Part shown: positions 53,583-64,000 of the stretch, one piece after another | Layout: every line of letters starts with the position of its first letter | Numbering within the stretch: the first letter of the stretch is position 1 | Assembly (NCBI RefSeq): GCF_006345805.1 | Contig: NC_043005.1 | Coordinates: 88,288,001-88,352,000 of the forward strand | DNA length: 64,000 bases | Direction: 5' to 3' | DNA from: Octopus sinensis | Lineage: Eukaryota | Notes under the pieces: model-generated | Databases searched by the model: none | Seen by the model: only the letters and a program-made list of their open reading frames with translations | Told to the model about the DNA's origin: nothing | Made by a program: the position numbers and the translations under genes

Positions 53583-55202
53583 GGGTACAGGACGTCACCA
53601 ACTGCAAACAACATGAAGTAGGAAAACAAGTAAGTTGAATACACAAGCAATGAGAAAAGGGGAAAAACACACACACACATATGCATAAATGAACATATAT
53701 GTACTTACACACACAGAAAACACACATATATGAGTCAGTCTATGCATGTGTTTGTATCTATGTGTGTGTACATGTGTGCGTGTGTGTGTGTGTATCAGCA
53801 TATATATCATGATTACCATGATCATTTAATGTCTGTTTTTCCATGCTGGCATGGGTTGGACAGTTTGACAGGAACTGGTCAGCCAAAGGAGCTGCCATTG
53901 TCTGTTTTGGCATGGTTCCTATAGATAGATGCCCTTCCTAACATCAACCACTTTACAAAGTGTACTGGCTGCTCTTTACAGCACACCAACATGGGTGCAT
54001 TTATGTGCACTGGCACAGGAGCATGTATGTGGCACTGGCACAGGTGCACCAATGTGGCACTGACCCAGTTGCATTTATGTGACACTGACGCAGGTGCATT
54101 TATGTGGCACTGGCACAGGTGCATTTATGTGGCACTGGCACAGGTGCATTTATGTGGAACTGGCACTGGTGCAGGTGCATTTATGTGACACTGGCACAGT
54201 CACAGCTGCTATGTGGCACTGGTACAGGTGCATTTATGTGACACTGGCACATTTACATTTATGTGTCACTGGCACAGGTACATTTATGTGACACTGGCAC
54301 AGGTGCATCTATGTGACATTGGCACAGTTGCATTCTTTTAAGTGGTTTTCAGAACCATGCAAATGGCATTTTGGCCTTCTGCTTCCAGTTGTAACATGCA
54401 GCTCCACTCCATTGGGTAAGTGAATAAGATCCTTTCCACATCCTCAATTTAGATCTGGAGGGAGAATGTCCATAGGGTCCCAAATCAAAACTCCCACTCT
54501 CATGGTTTTACATCAAGGAGAATATTGTTTCCCTCCAAGACAACGGAGGCCAAGATCCACAAGACAATCTAATTCTGGTGGATCTCACTCTATCTTAATG
54601 TGACAGGTCTTTCTCTTTAAATAGGCTGGGTAGAGGGCTCTGTAGAGGAACTATTAGTGTGCTTCAGCAAAATGGCTTTACCTGTGAAAAGGACATTCAT
54701 ACTCCAAAACTGTCTTGCTCTGGTCACATGTATATCTTCCCAAATTTCTTGAGGGTCATTTTCAGCTGGATGTGTGTTGGTGCTTCTAGGCATTGAGTCT
54801 TGCTGACACACAATAATAAAGTATTGTTTTATGGTCATTGGCTCTGAAAACCTTGGCTGGGATGGCAACTCAGACTCACCTGTTCACTTTTACAAGTTGT
54901 GCCACCTGTGTCAGGTATTCTTCCTTGTTTAGGTAGAGGGAAAAATATTTCATTGATTTCACTACCATGCCCGCAAAAGATCGCCTCCCCACTGAGTAGC
55001 CCCCCCCCCCCATCATTTACTTTATTATAGTTGTTGCTTGTGTTGATGGTGTTTTGTTACAGTTGTTGTTCTCATATGTCTGTTTTTCTGTCGCTGCTAG
55101 CAATGGTGATGTTTGAGTTGAAATAAGAGATTCTTAAACGAATCATTACCTCCACCACCATTTCATACAGTTTAGTGCTCATGTTCTGCTGTGGCCATGA
55201 TT

Positions 55203-55433
55203 TTAACTCATTAAGTCCACCAGTACTTAAATTTCTGAATATTACTTATAAATTTTTACAGATGATTGAAAATAGGTTAAAATGAAAAAAATTATTATTA
55301 AGACTCCTTTGCTTCAATTAGAAATGGAAATACTCTGTGTCCTATAAATAGGACACTGAGACAATGTGATATAGCTTATTTAATGTTCACATTTAGTGTC
55401 CTATTTATAGGACAGTGGGACTTAATGGGTTAA
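55203..55433. mobile_element. piggyBac-like MITE
   Basis: TTAA-CTCATTAAGTCC...GGGACTTAATGGG-TTAA; internal inverted GTGTCCTATAAATAGGACAC motifs. Confidence 0.65.
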
Positions 55434-55654
55434 ATATTAAAATTTACATGGTGAAATTTTTATTGCGAGAAAGATGCATCTTAGGGCCTACACTTATTGC
55501 CTGGCTTTTTTACACAATGAAGTACAGATCCTTCTTTAATGAAATATACTCCTAAAATTATATCAATCAACATATTCTCAACAAGAACAATTAACCCTTT
55601 ATGAGCTGAAGCAAAGAATATCTAACACAATAATAATGATAATAATAATAATAA

Positions 55655-56147
55655 TGTCTTGGTATAAAAGATGGGCTACAGCAAATATTCTGCTCAATAC
55701 CTCAGATTTGCTTGTCAGTTGTTTGACCTTAACCAGTTGAGCATGTCCCTTAGTGGCTGACAATATGTGTATCTCTGGCCACGAGCAGAAGTAGTGGGGG
55801 AGCAGAAGTAGTGGGGGAGCATCATAGCCATGTGTTGAGAAGGATTCTTTGGGGTTGAATAATTCACATTTGGAAATATGGGTGGTTCATTCAACATCCT
55901 TAAACAATCCTTATTCAGGGACCTTTTGAGCGGGATGGGTTACTCAGCCAGAAGAAAATTCTAACTGGGCCCCACCTGCAAGGTCATGTGCTGTTTATCT
56001 TGATATAAGATCACCATCTCGCACACATATGGTTGTGATGCATGTGCCTGATGTACCCTTATCAGACGGGGAGTCATGATGGGTATACTGGGCTTCGTAT
56101 ATTTTACCCCAGTGTCACGTTGATGACAAGCACTGCTCTCTCACTCA
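55655..56147. mobile_element. Second copy of the 1848-2371 repeat, inverted
   Basis: Reverse-complement match to 1848-2310; (TAA)n on both sides. Confidence 0.8.
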
Positions 56148-56565
56148 ATAATAATAATAATAATAGAAATAAAGGGATGATGGACTCTCTTGCTGAAGAC
56201 AACATATGAGCGTTCAGCTTTTGCCAAACAACTTGTACAAAAGATTTGTTTATAGTGATCAAATGTTCATGCTGCACATAATCTCACTCCCTCCATCAAA
56301 TAGATATTTACCTGAACAGGTGCCAAAGTGATTGCAGAGCAATGTGAGATGAAGTGTTTTGTTGAAGAACACAATGCACCACCCAGTCCAGTAATTGAAA
56401 TCAGGATCTTGCGATTGTGAGTGCAAAACACTAACTTCTAGGTAATGATAACACCACCAACAATAATAATCCCTTCAGCTAAATGGACAAGGCCTGAAAT
56501 TTTGGGGAAGGTTTAGTCAATAAATTCAACTCCAGTGTGTAACTGGCCCTTATTAACCCCAAAGG

Positions 56566-56823
56566 AATAAGAAGAAGGAGGAGGAGGAGGAGGAGGAGGA
56601 GGAGGAGGAGGAGGAAGAAGAAGAAGAAGAAGAAGAAGAAGGAGGAGGAGGAGGAGGAGGAGGAGGGAAGGAGGAGGAGGAGGGGAAGAAGAAGAAGGAG
56701 GAGGAGGGGAAGAAGAAGAAGGAGGAGGAGGGGAAGAAGAAGAAAGGAGGAGGAGGAGAGGAAGAAGGAGGAGGAGGAGGAGGAGGAGGGGAAGACGAAG
56801 AAGAAGAAGACAAAGAAGAAGAA

Positions 56824-56854
<31 letters not shown>

Positions 56855-56972
56855 AAGAAGAAGAACAAGAACAAGACGAAGAAGAAGACGAAGAAGAAGA
56901 AGAAGAAGAAGAAGAAGAAGAAGAAGAAGAAGGGGAAGAAGAAGGAAAAGGGGAAGGAGAAGAATAAGAAGA
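56566..56972. repeat. (GAA/GGA)n polypurine tract
   Basis: About 400 nt of almost pure purine triplets. Confidence 0.95.
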
Positions 56973-57309
56973 ATATTGATGATGATCTGGGACAGGAAAG
57001 GTGGCCAGCAAGCATACAAGAAATGCAAAAGATTGTCTTAACAGGTAAATCACATGTATTGGGAAGAGCATTGTCACTGTGAATTTTCTTTCCTTTTTTT
57101 CCCCTCTTATTTTTTTTCTTCTTTGCTTTCTTTGTTTTCCTTTTTTTCTATTACATGACTTTATAAATGAACAATCTGATGTGTTTATTTTGATGGCCTA
57201 CCAATGTACACAGAGAGTTTCTTTGTTCTAGGTGTTGCGAAGACACTGTAGTAGTAGTAGTAGTAGTAGTAGTAGTTGCAGCAGCAGTAGCAGTAGTAGT
57301 AGTAGTAGT

Positions 57310-57680
57310 AGTAGATCAAGAGAGTAGAAAGTGCCAGATAATGACTTTACAGTTCTAAATGATGAAAACAATATGAGAAGTATAAAAAAAATAGCAAAGT
57401 ACCAGGACCTAGCTATTGATTTATTGAGACAATGGAAAGTGTTGGTAAAATGTATCCCAGTAGTTATAGGTGCATTGGGAAATATCCCTAAAGATCTGAA
57501 CAAATGGATAGAGGAAATAGGCATAAAACCCAGTTTGGTACAAGCTCCAGAAAACTGTTATTAGGGATAGCTAGGATACTTAGGAGGGTTCTTGGCATCT
57601 AAGGTTACTTGTTGTAGCCCGATGTTAGGAATTATTCTTTTCCAACAGTCTAATCTGTTGTGTGTATGAATAATAATAAT
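57310..57680 (+). mobile_element. R4/Dong-type RLE 3' fragment
   Basis: KKIAKYQDLAIDL...IPVVIGALGNIP and LLGIARILRRVL remnants; ends in (TAA)n. Another Dong 3' tail lies at 56985-57250. Confidence 0.75.
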
Positions 57681-58889
57681 TTATATTTTAATACTGAGTT
57701 GAAATCACACCCCTGTTGTTTGTCTTCAACGATAAAAATAGCAGTTAAGTATTGACGATCGATTAAATCTACTACAACACACCCCGAATTTGGGTCACCT
57801 TGTACCTATATTTTATAAATAATAAGAGAAAAATGAGGTAATATGCGAGGTCTTTTAAAAGTGTCATAAAATGTGGGTCGCGTCCCTGACACAGCTCTAA
57901 CAGAAAAAGAAAAGAAAGCGAAGTGCAAGGGAGATAATACTGCTTCGAAAATATCTTAACTTTGTTCATTTAGTAAGAGACAAAATACGTTAATCTTAAC
58001 GTTTCGGGTTGAGAGGTTTTGGGAGAAAAAAACGATCAATTAATTCATTTAAGAAATTTATAAACAAATTATTAGTATTATTTCATGACTGCACCGGACC
58101 AATAATCCGGCAAGCTTAGGACCAGAAGTGTCCCGGATTTCTAGATTTTCCGGTTTTCTGAAGACAGTTTAAGTTTATACTTTGAATAAACTATGAAAAG
58201 TCAAAAGAATTCAATTGTATTTAAGAGATTCAAAATAAATACAGTTGTAAAGCAGGGTCTCTCTGGTATTTAATAAGCCGCTCAAAATTCTTAAAATACA
58301 TTATATCGTATCATGTAGGTATATTATACAATTTAAAAGATGAGAATTGAATGAAAGTTGAGAACATGATTTTATTCAACAGATGCAGGTACAAATTAAT
58401 TAATATACTTCTAAAGCAGTGTATGTTTAATCTTTATTAATTGACTTATTGTAAATTAATAAAGATTATTATTAGTTTATAGACTTCTTTTGCGACTTCT
58501 GGAAGATATTCATTAAATATATTTACAAATTTACAGAAATATAGCGTTATAAAATAGACTGTTTTCCGTTTTACAAAATTAAATCAGAAAATTGGACAAA
58601 ACAAAACAAAACACATTTGAAAGAATTAAAAAGAACAAAAAGGGGAAAAACTATTCTTAGCACACCGTATACCAATCATCCAACTTCGCAAATAATCTAT
58701 TTGATCAATATAGGGTAGAGTTTATTGGGGATCGAAAGAGTCGAAACACTTCGTTGATGGGAGTTCTTCCTCTAAAGTTGTGGTTCTCAAACGTTTTCTA
58801 CTTATGGGCCCCTTTGGTTCCTATTTTATTCAGATGGACCCTTATAGCCATTTAATGATTAGAAAATCCTATCGTATTTTGTTATTGTC

Positions 58890-59520
58890 GCCTACTTTCA
58901 GCTAGTGCTAAATTCTCGGGGGACTGGATTGATGCCCTGCCTGTGGCCAACATTGGAGATCTTCTCAGTCTAGATGAACTGTGCACCGCCATCGCACACA
59001 GAGAGGGTACTGACGTCCATAGGAGACTGAGATATCGCTGTGGTAGGCCCCTCAATCCCACAGGTCTTCACGGTCTGTCTTACAGCCTAAATGCTGGTCG
59101 TTTCGCTCGTCACGCTGAGCTAAACCTAATCATTAAGAGGGCCATGGCTTCGATTAATATCTCCTCAGTTCTGAAGCCGGCGGGATTATCCACAAGTGGT
59201 GGAAAGAGACCAGATGGGTTAGAGGTAGGTGTCTCATCTAGGACGCCGCAGTCTGTGATTCTTTTGCTCCTTCCCACATCTTGGATGCTGCAGTAAATGA
59301 GGGGGGGGGGTCACTGCTTCCGCAGCCGAATGGAACAAAACCCCGAAGTATCGAGCCGGTAGTGTCTGAGACGTTCGGAGGGACTGGGCCACTAACCGCG
59401 AAGTTCTTGTCAGCGTTTGCTGCTCGCCTTGCAGAGGTTTTAGGAGATGCCTGTGAGGGTGCTTAACTTTCCCAACGCCTTAGTCTCGCCATCACCCGTG
59501 GGGTGAGCGGGCTGGCTCGC
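58890..59520 (+). mobile_element. CRE-like non-LTR element 3' fragment
   Basis: GLHGLS...GRFARHAELNLIIKRA...GKRPDG, VSETFGG and QRLSLAITRG remnants. Confidence 0.75.
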
Positions 59521-62004
59521 TTCGGTAGGTTCCGTTGAGCCTTATGGTATTCGACAAATGGAAGCACTTGATGCTTTTTTTCTTTCATCTTCTTTCCCTT
59601 TTTTTATCCCCCCTTTCCCATTTTCTTTGCCTTTCTCTGTGGAAACTTATATTATGGAAGAATTATGACTATTGTTTAGGGTTTATATTTTAATGTGGTT
59701 TTGTATTATTCATATATCATATATATACGTGTTATGTAATAAAAACTAAATGATCCAATGTTGTAAGAACATATTCTGGTCAACTCGTCTGGTGACATAT
59801 GGAAGCTAAAGGAAGACTGATATAAATAATTAATTGTTGTGATTTTAACATTTAAGTATTATCAGAAACTGTATTAAAAATTTTTCTAAATATTTCGTGT
59901 ATTGTAGAGGTATAATCAATTTATTGCATATAAATATTAACAACAAAACCTTGTATGAAACCCCAGCGGCCGAATGGACCTCCGTTGAGAAGCACTGGGC
60001 TGAAAGGATCTCTTGCTGTCTGCTTGGCCCGCAAGGAGTTTCCACTTTACAGAATTCCCGGATTTCTGGAAGCCGGATAATCGGTCGGTTACTGTAACGC
60101 GGCTGGTCTTGTACAAGGGAGTGAACTGTGAGTGTGTTGTTCCCCGAGCTGTTGATAAACAACAATGGCGCTACTCGGGCCCAACTTTTAATAACATTTC
60201 ATTCCCCTCAACAAACTTTCATATTCCTCACATCAATACCGCTAATCCAACGCACTCACACATACACATAAAAAAACTTTGCATCCGATCTATAGTAAGT
60301 AAAAAAAAGAATACCATTTATATATATAAGTCATATATATGTGTGTGTGTATATTCCCGTTGAACTTTTAGTACAATGTTTATTTTATATAATCCCTCCT
60401 TATCCGCATGTTTGTTTTTATTCGTATTTTTTATTCTGTTTATTTATTATTTCATCAATGTATTAGTTTAACTTTCGAGTCTCCTTGTTCGAAAGCATGA
60501 CTCTCACTTGAATTATTATTCTCAGGTAGAATATTCTCGTCAACAGAAAATTAGGATTGGCGCTTGTAAAAAGAAGCTGTACATTTATTTACTGTTTTTG
60601 CCCCGCCACTAATAAATTATTATTTCAGAGCAACAGCTATTTTTATAGAATCCCAGTTTTGGACATTTTTCTTCATAAAAATTATTTATTCTCTAACTTA
60701 TAAAAATAACCCACAACTTCTTTATATATATTTATAAAATGATATAGCAAGATGATATGGTGATTGTTTTTCAGTTATTGAATCCCATTTTCATCTTATC
60801 GATCAAATATACTCTTACTTCTGTTTTTGTTTAATTCTTTATTATTTAAAGTGGCCACCACTTTCTAAATCCACCGCCGTTCCCATCCTCGTCACTCGCT
60901 CCATATGTTTGCAAGGAGTTAAACAAACATCAACATGTGGAGTAAAACGTTTCATTTCAAGTGTTTTTGGTTTTTTATCATTATTATTTCCTTCTCTCTT
61001 TCCCTTCTATTTTTTAAACAGAGCTACGAACTGTCAGACGCCACATCCGCCTTTTATCAAAAGTTTTGCATCTACTTCAATATTTTTGTTTTGGTTTGCT
61101 TTTGAGGACTGCACAAGGCCAACTTTGCGAAGGTGAACAAGTTATGTTAGTGACACTTATCGGCTCCACCCGCACCCATCCGCAAAAGTATGATAGGCCA
61201 AGTATATACATCAGCGGGATTTGAACTTAGAACTGAAACGGACGCAACAATATCTCTATTGATACATTCATATCGACGTTTTACTATCTCCCCGCTTTCT
61301 ACTTGTTTCTTATCGGGCACCTCATAGTTTTTCGACGGACTTTCGGAATAGCTATCATTATTTCATGGAGTAGGGAAAAGAACAAGAAATTGGGTGTTTG
61401 TTTCCTTCATTATTTTACTATTCCTGTGTTTCAATGCTCCGGGAATTACGATTCTCAAAGAATTTTTTCCCAAAAAATTCAATTTTTTTTTTTCATTTTT
61501 GCTCTCTTACCCATCTCAGTTCTAATTTCTTCTTCATGGGGTAGTGGTATCTGTTCCGAAAGTCGGCCTTCCTTTCTTCTAACCAACTACAAGACCAATT
61601 CCTTTAGAGTGGGCAGGTATAATCGATCAATCAAATCGACTCCAAAATATCATCATTATTATTATCGATTTTAGATGTGATACAAATTCTATTACAGCAT
61701 GGGTTGTATTCAGTAAAGCTAGGAGCCACGTTGTAACAAAGCATTTGGTTCCATATTCCACTGTTTTTTAGCATTCTGCCTATTGACTTTGATATTGTTC
61801 AAAGTTTAATTAAATCCCAGCTAATGACTTTTGAACATCATTATAACTTTTCTGCTTTATTATTACAAGTTTAACTGCAATTATTGGCCATTTTTGCTTC
61901 GTTAAAAAAAAATTAAATCCATTAATTAAAAGGAAAGGTTCGGGTGGCAAGAAGAAATAGAGCAACATACCAAGTACCTATTGATATTTAGGGTTCAACA
62001 TATA

Positions 62005-62371
62005 GGGGCAGGCATGGCTGTGTGGTAAAAAGTTTGCTTCCCAACCACATGGTTCCGAGTTCAGTCCCACTGTGTGGCACTTTGCCCAAGTGTCTTTTAC
62101 CATAGACTCAGGCTGACCAAATCCTTGTAAGTGGATTTGGTAGATGGAAACTTTAAGAAGACTTGTGTATATAGGTATTTATGTATGTCATTGTGTCTGT
62201 GCTTGTACCCCATGACTTGGCAGTTCAGCAACTGAGACTGATAGAATAAGTACCTGACTTTAAGGAGTAACCACAATAAGCACTGTAGTCAATTCGTTTG
62301 ACTAAAATTCTTCGAGGTGGTGCCCCTGCAAGGCCACAGTCATGTGACTGAAGCAAGTGAAAGATAAAAGA
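62005..62371 (+). mobile_element. tRNA-derived SINE (family A), complete copy
   Basis: A-box GGCTGTGTGGT, B-box GTTCAGTCC and GATAAAA tail; further partial copies at about 11613, 20010, 34305, 38650, 40016 and 45000. Confidence 0.85.
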
Positions 62372-62819
62372 TCTGAGCTTGCACCCCAAAGTTGTAGACT
62401 TTGCTTTTCATCTCGCCAGGGTTAATGTCAAAATAAGTTTCAGTAAAGTAGTGAGATCAGTTTTAATTGCTTCTACTCAGAGAACAACAATTTATAAAGC
62501 CTATTAGCAACAAATTATATTGCTGTACTTTCACTCCTGGGACTCTTGTTTATACTTAAGTGTTTACATTTATTTATTTGCACAACAGTGTTATTTTACT
62601 AAGATCCCTTTTTATTTTTTCGTATATTTTTATGTGAATTCCTTGCAATTTGTTTTGAATAGTAAAATTCCTGAATTCATCATTAACATTACTAAACCTT
62701 CACAGTCCCATCTTCTGGATGGAATAATGTTGTCATGTATTGCTGTCTTTCCTTTTCTTTCCATTCACTTTCTTCCTCTCTCTCTCTCTTTCATCATCAT
62801 CCATCACTTTGAATTCAGG

Positions 62820-64000
62820 TTTTGTCCTCGTTAAAAGGAGTGGCCAGATCTACCTCAATGCCATAGCAACCACCCTCACACCATCTTGCCCAGTATTGGG
62901 CATTCCTCCCTTCTCAAGCCAACCCTCCCAATCTCCTCCTCCTTCTGTCCTCTCCACATTTTCTACAGTTCACCTGGCTTTCGCTGTCCATTTACCTCCA
63001 ACACATTCACCCTCTTCAGAACAAGCTCCTCATCCCTCCTCAACACATGCCCATACCACCTCACTCCATTCACCCTTGCCAACCATTCCACCAATTCCTC
63101 CAAACCCAGCATCCCCATCAAGTCCTCAGTCCTCCTCTTATCAAACAGCTTCACCCCACACATTTCTCTCACCATTGTTCTCTCATTCCTTCTCAAAATT
63201 GCCATCACTCTCTCGCTCAGACACCATGTCTCACTCCCATACAGCATTGCAGCTCTCACACAACTCCTCTAGACCTCTTCTTTCATCTTCAATGAGAACC
63301 TTTTCCCATGTAACAACACTCCACATTCCCAGAATCACCCAGCCAAGTCCCGCTCTTGCTGTCACAGCTGCTTCACATCCACCCTATCTCCCAAATAACA
63401 AAACACTTTCACCATCTCCACCTCATCACATAGTGTTTCCACTGACTTTGCCAGCCCTCCAGCTCCTTTCTGACATCTTCCACAAACTCTCTTACCAGTC
63501 TTGGGGTCACCTTCTTCATTTACATACATCTACCAGGAATCCATTTCTCACATCTCGTACACAACATCACATTTGCCATTACCCTCCTCCCGCATACACC
63601 ATTTGGATCCACTTTATTCACTAACACTTCTCCTTCCACCCTGCTCACCATCACCTTTGTCTTCCCAAGGTACACCTTCAAACCCTTGCTTTCAAACACC
63701 TCCTTCCATTTCCAAAACTTCTCCCTCAATCCCTCCATTGTCTCACTCATCAGAACAAGCTCATCTGCATACAGTATCTCCATCATCTTGCACTCTCCAA
63801 CACCACATCAACCACTATTGCAAACAATGATGGTGACAACACAGATCCCTGATCTGATACACACCAACTTTCACTGCAAACTCTTCCAACAGCTCTGGTC
63901 CATCTCTAACTCTTGACTTTACCCCCTCATACAAATTCATCACTGGCCTCGCTATGACCCCTAGTTCACTTCTCTTCCTCAATGTCCACTCAATCACTTT
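62820..64000 (-). mobile_element. RTE-like LINE RT fragment running off the window
   Basis: EILYADELVL, AMLYGSETW and RWYGHVLRR motifs; frameshifted. Confidence 0.88.

Larger units (their letters stand above)
35443..57896 (-). pseudogene. Decayed multi-exon gene, possibly protein Lines (LINS1)-like; exons 57896-57806, 44391-44353, 36237-36120, 35954-35443
   Basis: AG acceptors and phase-compatible junctions give LCQGRDPHF...FIKYRNVSHLGRLIVSNWNEMVAFVKDRISPKIASIW...QILICQMKQQWIVNP...LLQRKVFLI...KLALLVLYM*NKSAELRPTFAKLEPHLELDLAL. The last exon has stops and frameshifts, and one donor is GC. The Lines identity comes from recalled similarity only. Confidence 0.55.

Noticed and set aside
54880-55016. 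Possible minus-strand exon with a strong GTGAGT donor
   Set aside because: No convincing acceptor, no recognisable homology, and it adjoins LINE-like debris.
62005-62080. tRNA gene
   Set aside because: It is the tRNA-derived head of a multi-copy SINE and lacks a full cloverleaf.
62740-63624. 294-aa Ser/Pro/His-rich plus-strand ORF
   Set aside because: It is the antisense shadow of the minus-strand RTE reverse transcriptase fragment.

Overview
AT-rich, microsatellite-dense animal genomic DNA. The SINE and repeat families look like an octopus/coleoid cephalopod genome; this is recognition from recall, not a database match. Almost all listed ORFs are microsatellite or transposon artefacts. Host genes: (1) eight coding exons of an SLC22/organic cation transporter-like MFS gene on + (3362-25296, first exon upstream of the window), with a 1-nt frameshift in the exon at 10610-10780; (2) a decayed multi-exon gene on - (about 35443-57896) whose translation resembles the N-terminal part of protein Lines/LINS1. 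The rest is transposon debris: Penelope-like elements (PLE), R4/Dong-type and CRE-type RLE LINE pieces, RTE pieces, Tc1/mariner fossils, MITEs, tRNA-derived SINEs, minisatellites and local duplications. The most striking signal is about a dozen minimal type I hammerhead ribozyme (HHR) motifs. Some have compensatory core swaps (G3-C8, U3-A8). They sit at PLE 3' ends, in a retrozyme-like tandem unit, and inside long fold-back or inverted-repeat elements that place ribozymes on both strands.
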